Of a stretch of DNA of 64,000 bases, positions 10,112 to 18,262 are shown one piece after another. The notes below the pieces were generated by a model, which was not told the origin of the DNA, searched no databases, and worked only from the letters and a program-made list of their open reading frames with translations. The DNA comes from an uncultured Acidobacteriota bacterium (GTDB lineage: Bacteria > Acidobacteriota > Terriglobia > UBA7540), in the NCBI GenBank assembly GCA_963804995.1, contig CAWDSK010000006.1, forward strand, positions 448,001 to 512,000. Reading direction: 5' to 3'. Position 1 is the first letter of the stretch. The number at the start of each line of letters is the position of its first letter. The translations under genes and the position numbers were made by a program.

Positions 10112-11017
10112 CTACTGCAAGAGACCCAAATCAATTCTGCTCCCCGGCCCCAGGGAGGCGCGGCCATCCGGCCCAATGATGTACCGTTCACCGGAGGGGT
10201 CAATCGGAATCCCGCGGATATAGCCTGCCACCATCAGATCTTGAATGGAACGGGCTTCCCGGCCTTGCTGTTTCCGGTACAGGGTCAGCAAGCCATTGAG
10301 TTTGTTGAAGGCCAACTGAGTATCCAAGGCGGCCAAGTGGTTTTCGGCGGACCGTCGAATAGCCTCGTTCCCGGCGGTCCTTGCGATTTCTGACCAGAGG
10401 ACGTAAGAAGTCGATAGCTCGCCGCCCTGGGCCGCCACCGAGGCGGCGAGAACCCGCATCCACGGCAGCGCGCCAGGCCGTTCGCTCCCGGTCCGGAAGG
10501 CTACGGCCGCGTGAGCGTAATCCTTCAAATCCCAATAGTAGATAAATCCCGTGTCCTCCCACAAGCGCCAATAGCTTGGGTTGGCAACAATCCCACGATG
10601 GAGCAAGTGGATGGCGAGGTCAGGTCTTCCTGCGCCTTCCGGTGGCTTCCCTGCCAAGAAGAGGGAACCGAATCGGTAGGCGATGAGCAAGTTCGGGTCA
10701 AGTTCCGTGGTAATGTTGAGCAAGGCTCCAAGAAGTGCATAATCCTTGGCGTGCGCCAAGCGCCTGCGCCCATAATATTGCACGGCTCTGGTCCAGTAGA
10801 TGTCCGCCAGCAGGCCTGAATATCCCCCACTCAAGCGACGAAGCGTCGGGCCCGAGGGCAAGAAGAGGATTTCCTCACTTTCACTCTCGCTTCCCCCACG
10901 GTCATGGTCAATGCTCCGCTGGAGGGGAAATAAGGAGAGCAATCCCCCCGCCACGATGCACCCACACGCCAGGCGTACAAGGTCTTTCCGCCCAATCTGT
11001 AGCCACGAAAGGGTCAT
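10112..11017 (-). CDS. Pilin-ABC-associated membrane-anchored protein (PilG/XapA-like)
   Basis: N-terminal TM, LLADIYWTRAVQYYG and TELDP motifs, C-terminal PIDPSG; overlaps the permease stop. Confidence 0.7.
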   Translation of the reverse strand: MTLSWLQIGRKDLVRLACGCIVAGGLLSLFPLQRSIDHDRGGSESESEEILFLPSGPTLRRLSGGYSGLLADIYWTRAVQYYGRRRLAHAKDYALLGALLNITTELDPNLLIAYRFGSLFLAGKPPEGAGRPDLAIHLLHRGIVANPSYWRLWEDTGFIYYWDLKDYAHAAVAFRTGSERPGALPWMRVLAASVAAQGGELSTSYVLWSEIARTAGNEAIRRSAENHLAALDTQLAFNKLNGLLTLYRKQQGREARSIQDLMVAGYIRGIPIDPSGERYIIGPDGRASLGPGSRIDLGLLQ

Positions 11018-11790
11018 CGGAATTCCCGTTCTTCAAAGACTAGCACCGAGGCTGAGACCACTATGGCAATATAGAGAACGGCATAACAAGTGTTGGCGGC
11101 AAGAAGGGGACGAGAGATGGTTACACCATGCGCCGCCAGATTTATGACATTGAAGTCGCTGAAGTTTGGCAACACGTAGTATAACCCGGCAGTGATCTTC
11201 TTGAGGATGGAGCTTTGACTCTCCTGCCCAAACCAGCGGATGTCACTCAAGAAGTTTCCGATTACAAACAGCGAGAATGTGAAAACGGCGGAGAGTATCG
11301 GCGTGGAGATGCACGAGAAGAAAAGTGCCACGCCCGTCACGATGGCAAACTGTAACAAGATAAAATACACAGCCGCCAGGAGGGAAAGGTCTTGTCCGGT
11401 CAGGCCTTTATTCTGGAAGGCCAGGGCGGCATAAAAGCCCGCGGTCATGATGGCGGTGTTGACGAAAAGGGTGAGCAGAAGTCCGGCATATTTACCCAGG
11501 ATAAATTGAGCGCGCGCGACCGGTTTCGAAAGGATGTTGTAGATTGTCCGCCGCTCGATTTCCTTGGAGACCAATCCAATACCTATGAAGATCGCCATCA
11601 GCAAGCCGAACATGGAGATGGCGGTAAGCCCCAGGTTCACCAGGAGAATCTGCTCCACACCTAAGGATATGTTGGCCAGAAGAATTGCGGCGGCAATCAT
11701 CAAGAAGGCAAAGACCACGAGGTTGTAGAGAACCCGCTCCCGCACCGATTCCTTAAAGGTCGCGAGGGCTATGGTTACGATTTGTCCCAT
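11014..11790 (-). CDS. ABC-2 type permease (PilI/Xap-like)
   Basis: EIERRTIYNILSKPVARAQFILGKY motif and about six TM segments. Confidence 0.9.
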   Translation of the reverse strand: MGQIVTIALATFKESVRERVLYNLVVFAFLMIAAAILLANISLGVEQILLVNLGLTAISMFGLLMAIFIGIGLVSKEIERRTIYNILSKPVARAQFILGKYAGLLLTLFVNTAIMTAGFYAALAFQNKGLTGQDLSLLAAVYFILLQFAIVTGVALFFSCISTPILSAVFTFSLFVIGNFLSDIRWFGQESQSSILKKITAGLYYVLPNFSDFNVINLAAHGVTISRPLLAANTCYAVLYIAIVVSASVLVFEEREFR

Positions 11791-11800
11791 AGGGCCAGCC

Positions 11801-12769
11801 TTAATGATCCCGCGCGCACGGTGCGCTACCCGAGTCTTGTCCCACGTGGGGGGAGACTTGCGCCAGGAAATAGTCCTCCAACGACATCTTCACAGGGTTG
11901 AGTGAGACAACCTTCGCGTTGCCGTGTACAACCAGTTCCAAGATCTTGGCGACATTGGATTCCTCGCCGATTTGCAGCCGAACTCGGTCCCCGGCTCGAA
12001 TCACCGAAACAGTGTAGGGGCGCAACTCGTCCAGCAACCCCTCCGCGGGGTTTTCCAGCAACAACTCCGTGCTCGATACTCCCAAGCGCAGGATTTCGCG
12101 CAGATGACCACACCCCTGCAGTTTCCCGCGATTCAGGATGGCAACTCGATCACACAACGTTTCCGCATCTGATAGGATATGGGTCGAAAAGAAGACGGTC
12201 TTCTTCTCGTCGCGTAATTGCAGGACCAGATCCCGCACTTCGCGTCGCCCCACGGGGTCCAGGCCAGACATGGGCTCATCCAGAAAAACTACTTCCGGGT
12301 CATTAATCAAGGCTTGCGCGATCCCCACTCTCTGCACCATACCCTTGGAGAATTTCCGCAACGGAACGTTCCGCGATTCGGTAAGCCCCACCCGGTCCAA
12401 GAGCTGATTCACTCGGCGGCGTAGGTCACCTTTCCCTATTCCGAAAAGCCGGCCCGCGTAATTGAGGAACTCCTCCGGCGTCAGGTGGTCATAGAAATAG
12501 GGGTTCTCGGGAAGGTATCCGACCCGCTCGTGAAGCGTTCCATCGTCGAGCTCTTTCCCCAGAATGCGCGCGGTTCCGGAAGTCGGGAAGATCAAGCGGA
12601 ACAAAGTCTTGAGCGTGGTGGTCTTCCCCGCTCCATTATGCCCAAGCAAGCCGAAGACCTCGCCAGTATCTACCTGCAAATCAAGCGAGTCCAGGGCGCG
12701 AATTACTCGGGTCTTCCAAAAACCCACCTTGTACTCTTTCGTCAGTTTTATTATTTCAATGGCAAACAT
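11801..12769 (-). CDS. ABC transporter ATP-binding protein (PilH/XapD-like)
   Basis: Walker A GHNGAGKT, signature FSKGM and Walker B VFLDEP; directly downstream of pilA. Confidence 0.93.
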   Translation of the reverse strand: MFAIEIIKLTKEYKVGFWKTRVIRALDSLDLQVDTGEVFGLLGHNGAGKTTTLKTLFRLIFPTSGTARILGKELDDGTLHERVGYLPENPYFYDHLTPEEFLNYAGRLFGIGKGDLRRRVNQLLDRVGLTESRNVPLRKFSKGMVQRVGIAQALINDPEVVFLDEPMSGLDPVGRREVRDLVLQLRDEKKTVFFSTHILSDAETLCDRVAILNRGKLQGCGHLREILRLGVSSTELLLENPAEGLLDELRPYTVSVIRAGDRVRLQIGEESNVAKILELVVHGNAKVVSLNPVKMSLEDYFLAQVSPHVGQDSGSAPCARDH

Positions 12770-12891
12770 ACCTTGGATTGCCCATTCTGCGCTGACAGGA
12801 GATTCTCACCGCTTGGTCTCTTGCCCGCGCCTTAAGCCGTGAGAATAAGTATACCTGACGTGGGTTGGACATCCGAGGGATATGAGGCATG

Positions 12892-12923
12892 AAAAAAAAG
12901 GGGAGTCCGTTGACTCCCCCTTT
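12892..12923 (-). terminator. Rho-independent terminator after pilA copy 1
   Basis: Minus strand GGGGAGTC-AACG-GACTCCCC followed by T8. Confidence 0.85.
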
Positions 12924-12948
12924 GAATCCTTCCCGTGTCCCAACAGAC

Positions 12949-13434
12949 TTAGCCGGCAATCGGCGAGTCCGTGGAACTGGCGGTGGTCGTCGAGTTCTGA
13001 CGAATCACGCCCGACTGGTCGGTGAAGTAGTAGTTCGTTCCGGTGTTGTTGCTGATGGGTGAACCCGTGTACTGGTACGTGTTGATGCGGGTTGTCGCGT
13101 CAGGGGGGCCCGCCGAGTACGCAAAGGTATAGCCGCTCTTGTTGCCCGCTGCCAGCACGCTATCAATCAACCCCGCGGCTGTCGAGGTCGGGTTCGCCCC
13201 CACTGTCGTGGGCGGAGCCAGATAGCTCATGAACGCCGGATACCCGGTGTTGTAAGTCGTGGAGTAGGTTATCTCGGCGGTGTTCAGGGTGCGGAGTGAC
13301 CCTACGGCCGAGGCTTGGTTCGCCGCAATGCGCGAACGCAATAGGTTGGGAATGGCGATTGCCGCGATGATCAGAATGATCGCGACAACGATCAAGAGTT
13401 CAATCAGCGAGAAACCCTTTGAATTTTTCTTCAT
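12949..13434 (-). CDS. pilA: Type IVa major pilin, copy 1
   Basis: Class III signal MKKNSKG|FSLIELLIVVAII with Glu5; Ser/Thr-rich globular domain. Confidence 0.93.
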   Translation of the reverse strand: MKKNSKGFSLIELLIVVAIILIIAAIAIPNLLRSRIAANQASAVGSLRTLNTAEITYSTTYNTGYPAFMSYLAPPTTVGANPTSTAAGLIDSVLAAGNKSGYTFAYSAGPPDATTRINTYQYTGSPISNNTGTNYYFTDQSGVIRQNSTTTASSTDSPIAG

Positions 13435-13500
13435 TCAGCCCTCCATAGATTTGGTTGTTACCACTTGGGAATTCCCAGGAGATACACACCTGTGGGTAAG

Positions 13501-13515
13501 GCAACTTGCCTTCCA
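13501..13515 (-). promoter_or_regulatory. sigma54 -24/-12 promoter of pilA copy 1
   Basis: Minus strand TGGAAGGCAAGTTGC fits GG-N10-GC. Confidence 0.7.
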
Positions 13516-13630
13516 AGAGTCGGCTGATTTTTCACTTTTCTCAGAAAACAATACGCCTCTTTTCAATGGATTGAAGGAAATCCATGTTCCATCCCATCCT
13601 CGCTCTTCAGATTGGCGCACCCGATGCCTA

Positions 13631-13662
13631 TTTTTGTCGAACGCCAGAGACAAATCCTGTCA
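13631..13662. promoter_or_regulatory. Putative PilR enhancer site TTTTTGTC-N10-GACAAnTnCTGTCA
   Basis: The same motif occurs upstream of pilA copy 2 at a matching distance (116 versus 115 bp) from the sigma54 element. Confidence 0.7.
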
Positions 13663-14025
13663 TCTCAAGGGTTGAGATTTCGGCACAATTCCGAGGGCCG
13701 AGAGCTGCAGTGGTAACCCTTGCAGCCGGTCGCAAACCCTGCCTGCATCTCAGTAAATGTCTCAAGGGAGCAGGCTGGGTGCAAGCTACGTTGGCTCCCT
13801 ATCTCGGGAGTGGGTCACTTTCGTTTTTTAATGGCGGCGGTTGGAGTATCCCACCCAGGGGCAGGGACCGTCGGCTTTTGATTCAAAAGATTCCGGTGCT
13901 CCCCCTCAAGGCGGGGCAGGCACGGAGCACCGCTGCGGGAGGCTGATTCGCTACCCCTATTTCCGGTACTGTGATCCAAATATATTGACCCTTGGTCTAT
14001 ACTGTGCGGTTAAGACGATCCATCC

Positions 14026-15891
14026 ATGACGAGGAATAAGTCGCGACCTATGTCCACCAAACCCCACACCAATGTTAGCTCTCCCGAACGCGAGGGTGTG
14101 ACAACACGGGAGCTGCCGAAAGAAACCCGCGGAGTTGCCCAAAGCCTCCCTTTTGGGCTGGGGATCGCACTGGTTCTGGCGCTAACTTTTGCGGCGTACA
14201 GCCACACGCTCCATTACCAGTTTGTCCATGATGACGGAGGCCAGATTGTGGAGAATCCCGTGGTCCATTCCTGGCGGGACGTCCCCGGCTACTTTGCGTC
14301 ACACGTTTGGGAGGGGGTCGACCCGGAAGACCTGGGGAACTATTACCGCCCACTTTTCGTGTTCTGGCTGAGAATCAACGACGCGATTTTCGGAAACCAA
14401 CCGTGGGGATGGCATCTCACCACCATCCTGACACACCTTCTAACCACTTTCTTGGTGTATCTCCTGGCGGGACGGCTGGTAAACCGGGATGTCGCAACAC
14501 TGGCGGCGCTGATTTTCGGCCTCCATCCCGCGCACATCGAGGCTGTGGCCTGGATCTCGGGGGTAACTGAACCTTTGCTGGGGATCTTTCTTATAGGTTC
14601 ATTCCTTTGTTACCTCCAGTCGCGGCGAGACGACGAACGGGTCCTTCCATGGAAACTTGCCTCCCTGGCATTATTTGCTCTGGCCATTTTGGAAAAGGAA
14701 ACCGCTGTGATACTTCCCGGCTTTCTACTTGTCTATGAGTGGGTCTATAGGCCGGAATGGGGAAGGCCGCTGCAAGGAAGGAGAGTTGTCGATTGGTGTG
14801 GAGGGGCACTTCGGAAAACCTGGGCGTACTTTCTCCTAGGGCTCCTTTACCTGCCAGCGCGAATCCATGCTCTGAAAGGATTCAGCCACACTATTACACC
14901 TCTCAGTGCCAGCCAGTTGCTCTTCACCTGGCCCGGGCTAATTTGGTTCTGGATACGCCACCTGCTGTGGCCCGTCGGCCTGACCACCTTTTATGACATG
15001 CCTGCCGTGGTCCACCCCACTCTGCGGAATTTCATTCTGCCCGCCATCCTGGATGTCTGTGTCGGATTTGCCCTGGTCGCTTGGGCTCGGCGCTCTCGTG
15101 CCACCGCCTTCTTTGCGACCTGGTTGGTAGTGCCATTTATTCCACTGCTCAATATCCAGGTCTTTGCCGCAGACGATTTTGCCCACGACCGGTACCTTTA
15201 CCTCCCCTCCGTTGGTCTGGCAGTTCTCGCTGCACTTCTCCTGAGGAAGGTATGCAGGGGACAACCACGATATTGGGGCCTGCCAGCATCCCTCCTCATT
15301 ACCGTATTGTGCCTGGCTACAATTCTGAGCTACGGAACAGTTACAGCGAGCCAATACTTCAGAGATAATGATACCTTTTATTCGTACAACATCAGCCGAG
15401 CGCCACACAACCGCTTTGTCGAAATCGACTATGCCATCGTCCTGGGCGAGAAGGGGATGTACGCCCCCGCCCTCGAACGCCTTACGGACGTGGAAAAACG
15501 GTATCCGAACTTCTGGCCCGCCAGCTACAACCTGGCTTACACTTACTACAAATTGGGGCAACAACCGGAAGCAGAGAAGTATTTCCTGGAGGCCATCCGC
15601 ATCAAACCCTACAAACCGGATGCCTTCCTGTACCTGGGGATGACGCGTTTCAAGATGGGCCAAACCCCCGAGGCCATCGCTGCGGTGCGGCAAGCGATTG
15701 CGATTCGCCCCAAGGGCTACGCTTACCATTTTGCCCTCGGGATCATGCTAAAGACGCAAGGAGACCTGAACGGCGCCCTCCGCGAGTTCCGGATGGAGCT
15801 GTTAAATTACCCGGGTGAAAGATCAGCGTTTGAACAGGTCGCGGAGATTGAAAATCAGTTAAAGCAGCAAACCAAACCCCCGCTTCAATGA
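14026..15891 (+). CDS. Second TMTC-like GT-C/TPR glycosyltransferase, between the two pilA copies and on the opposite strand
   Basis: QFVHDD, YYRPL, HPAHIEAV, EKE and DRYLYLPS motifs; TPR C-terminus. The start may be 14050. Confidence 0.85.
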   Translation: MTRNKSRPMSTKPHTNVSSPEREGVTTRELPKETRGVAQSLPFGLGIALVLALTFAAYSHTLHYQFVHDDGGQIVENPVVHSWRDVPGYFASHVWEGVDPEDLGNYYRPLFVFWLRINDAIFGNQPWGWHLTTILTHLLTTFLVYLLAGRLVNRDVATLAALIFGLHPAHIEAVAWISGVTEPLLGIFLIGSFLCYLQSRRDDERVLPWKLASLALFALAILEKETAVILPGFLLVYEWVYRPEWGRPLQGRRVVDWCGGALRKTWAYFLLGLLYLPARIHALKGFSHTITPLSASQLLFTWPGLIWFWIRHLLWPVGLTTFYDMPAVVHPTLRNFILPAILDVCVGFALVAWARRSRATAFFATWLVVPFIPLLNIQVFAADDFAHDRYLYLPSVGLAVLAALLLRKVCRGQPRYWGLPASLLITVLCLATILSYGTVTASQYFRDNDTFYSYNISRAPHNRFVEIDYAIVLGEKGMYAPALERLTDVEKRYPNFWPASYNLAYTYYKLGQQPEAEKYFLEAIRIKPYKPDAFLYLGMTRFKMGQTPEAIAAVRQAIAIRPKGYAYHFALGIMLKTQGDLNGALREFRMELLNYPGERSAFEQVAEIENQLKQQTKPPLQ

Positions 15892-15963
15892 GGGACGGAG
15901 ATGGAAGCTTCGAGCAGGCAAACGTTGCGGTGAGATTTCCCCTGCCGAGGGCCAAGTCAAAAC

Positions 15964-15990
15964 AAAAGGGGAGTCCTTTGACTCCCCTTT
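15964..15990 (-). terminator. Terminator hairpin after pilA copy 2, probably bidirectional
   Basis: AAAAGGGGAGTC-CTTT-GACTCCCCTTT between convergent genes. Confidence 0.8.
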
Positions 15991-16015
15991 GAATCCTTCC
16001 CGTGTCCCAACAGAC

Positions 16016-16501
16016 TTAGCCGGCAATCGGCGAGTCCGTGGAACTGGCGGTGGTCGTCGAGTTCTGACGAATCACGCCCGACTGGTCGGTGAAGTAGTAG
16101 TTCGTTCCGGTGTTGTTGCTGATGGGTGAACCCGTGTACTGGTACGTGTTGATGCGGGTTGTCGCGTCAGGGGGGCCCGCCGAGTACGCAAAGGTATAGC
16201 CGCTCTTGTTGCCCGCTGCCAGCACGCTATCAATCAACCCCGCGGCTGTTGAGGTCGGGTTCGCCCCCACTGTCGTGGGCGGAGCCAGATAGCTCATGAA
16301 CGCCGGATACCCGGTGTTGTAAGTCGTGGAGTAGGTTATCTCGGCGGTGTTCAGGGTACGGAGCGACCCTACGGCCGAGGCTTGGTTCGCCGCAATGCGC
16401 GAACGCAATAGGTTGGGAATGGCGATTGCCGCGATGATCAGAATGATCGCGACAACGATCAACAACTCAATCAGTGAGAAACCCTTCGAACCCTTCTTCA
16501 T
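16016..16501 (-). CDS. pilA: Type IVa major pilin, copy 2 (mature protein identical to copy 1)
   Basis: MKKGSKG|FSLIELLIVV; immediately downstream of pilR. Confidence 0.93.
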   Translation of the reverse strand: MKKGSKGFSLIELLIVVAIILIIAAIAIPNLLRSRIAANQASAVGSLRTLNTAEITYSTTYNTGYPAFMSYLAPPTTVGANPTSTAAGLIDSVLAAGNKSGYTFAYSAGPPDATTRINTYQYTGSPISNNTGTNYYFTDQSGVIRQNSTTTASSTDSPIAG

Positions 16502-16566
16502 TCAATCCTCCTCTATTCTCAATCAACCGCCTGGGAATTCCAAATTGGTAACCGTAACTGAAGGTG

Positions 16567-16582
16567 TGCAAGTGGGACGCCA
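16567..16582 (-). promoter_or_regulatory. sigma54 -24/-12 promoter of pilA copy 2
   Basis: Minus strand TGGCGTCCCACTTGCA is close to the TGGCAC-N5-TTGC consensus. Confidence 0.8.
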
Positions 16583-16696
16583 AGTCCAATAGAGAAATAC
16601 CTTCACACCGACTCCATCCCTTTTATCATGAGAATGATGCACTAAGCCCCCCTCCGGACTTTCCAGCAGGTCACCCGCTGGAAGGGAAAAAGCCTG

Positions 16697-16728
16697 TTTT
16701 TGTCTAAACCCTACGACAATTTCTGTCA
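16697..16728. promoter_or_regulatory. Putative PilR enhancer site upstream of pilA copy 2
   Basis: TTTTTGTC-taaaccctac-GACAATTTCTGTCA matches 13631..13662. Confidence 0.7.
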
Positions 16729-16881
16729 CCTAATCGTGCAGATGAGGCCAAGGCACATGCCACTTAGCCTGGAAGCAACGACGCGGCGAGCAAGGTTGCG
16801 GTTCGGTTCTACTGAAGCTATTATAATATATGCGATAACTCACAAGTAATACAAGCGTGGCAGCCACGCTTCTATACCCAG

Positions 16882-18252
16882 CTAGATTCCGTACTTCTTC
16901 GCGTAGTGCCGGAAGGAGCGATAAGACATATGGAGGATATCCGCGGCTCGGCGACGAACTCCTCCCGCTGCCTGCAGCGCTGCCACCAGGTATTGCTTCT
17001 CTGTTTGTGAAATCTGAACCTCAAAATCAATACCTTCCGCCGGGATCTGAATGACCCTTTCACCGCTCATGGCGAATCCGGTTACTGATTCGGGAAGGTG
17101 TGATAGTTCGACCAGTTCCTGGCGGCTTTCGCTCACGGCGACAGCATGTTCGACGGCATTTTCCAGTTCCCGGACATTCCCGGGCCAACTCCCGCGCTTT
17201 AAGGTTGCCAGCGCCTCAGGATTGAAATCACTCAAGGGCTTTCCCATTTGCAGGGCGAACTTACGTAGGAAGTGTCGTGCCAGGGGTTCGATGTCGTCGG
17301 GGCGTTCTCGCAAGGGCGGGACATGAATGGGGATCACGCTGATGCGATAATAAAAATCCTCCCGAAACTGCCCACTGGCTACCATCCGCTTCAGATCCCG
17401 GTTGGTGGAAGCGATTAAGCGTACATCCACAGAGACATCCATGGTGCCGCCCAGAGGCCGGACCGTCCTTTCCTGCAAGACCCGCAAAAGTTTAACTTGC
17501 ATCCCGGGGCTAGTTTCCCCGATTTCATCCAGGAAAAGTGTTCCCCCATGCGCCGATTCAATAATGCCCTTGCGGTTCGATTCCGCACCCGTAAATGCCC
17601 CGCGGAGATATCCGAAGAGTTCGCTTTCCAAAAGGGTTTCGGGAAAGGCCCCGCAGTTGATCGAGACGAAGGGTTTTTCCCGGCGCGTACTGGCTTCATG
17701 AATGGCGCGCGCCACCAGTTCCTTGCCCGTCCCACTTTCGCCAGTAATCAAGACCGTACTGGTCGTCGGGGCGACGGTTCGAACCATCTCCAGGATGGCT
17801 TCGATTGAGTGGCTGCGGCCCACGATGTTCTGCGCGGCAAACAGGCGCAAAAGCTCGCGCCGGAGGCGGATGTTCTCTTCGCGCAGAGCTAACTCTTCCA
17901 AGGCGCGGTTCACCGTCAGCTTCAGCTCTTCCACAAGCGTGTCGGTTTTGATGACATACCGGTATGCTCCCAAGTTCAAAGCCTGGATGGCGGTCGACAT
18001 AGTGGGGACGGCCGTAATAAGAAGGAACGCAGCCGGGTTACGAGTGTCACGGGCATATTCCAGTAATTCGATCCCGGTCAGGTCCGGCATGCGGATGTCC
18101 GAAATGATCAAGTCATAAACCTGGGACTCGATCTTCTTTTTGGCGGCCTGGCCACTGGAAACGGTTTCAACCAGGTGTCCGTCTTTCCGAAAAGCGATTT
18201 CGAGCAGTTGGCACAGCGATTTCTCGTCATCGACGACCAAGAGTCGAGCCAT
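16882..18252 (-). CDS. pilR: sigma54-dependent response regulator, PilR-like
   Basis: Receiver domain, GESGTGKE, GAFTGA and C-terminal HTH; located between pilS and pilA. Confidence 0.88.
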   Translation of the reverse strand: MARLLVVDDEKSLCQLLEIAFRKDGHLVETVSSGQAAKKKIESQVYDLIISDIRMPDLTGIELLEYARDTRNPAAFLLITAVPTMSTAIQALNLGAYRYVIKTDTLVEELKLTVNRALEELALREENIRLRRELLRLFAAQNIVGRSHSIEAILEMVRTVAPTTSTVLITGESGTGKELVARAIHEASTRREKPFVSINCGAFPETLLESELFGYLRGAFTGAESNRKGIIESAHGGTLFLDEIGETSPGMQVKLLRVLQERTVRPLGGTMDVSVDVRLIASTNRDLKRMVASGQFREDFYYRISVIPIHVPPLRERPDDIEPLARHFLRKFALQMGKPLSDFNPEALATLKRGSWPGNVRELENAVEHAVAVSESRQELVELSHLPESVTGFAMSGERVIQIPAEGIDFEVQISQTEKQYLVAALQAAGGVRRRAADILHMSYRSFRHYAKKYGI

Positions 18253-18262
18253 CAGTTGCTCC

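Noticed and set aside
12949..13434. Electrically conductive (e-pilin) type
   Set aside because: It is a long pilin with about 9% aromatic residues and no aromatic residue between F1 and roughly Y50.
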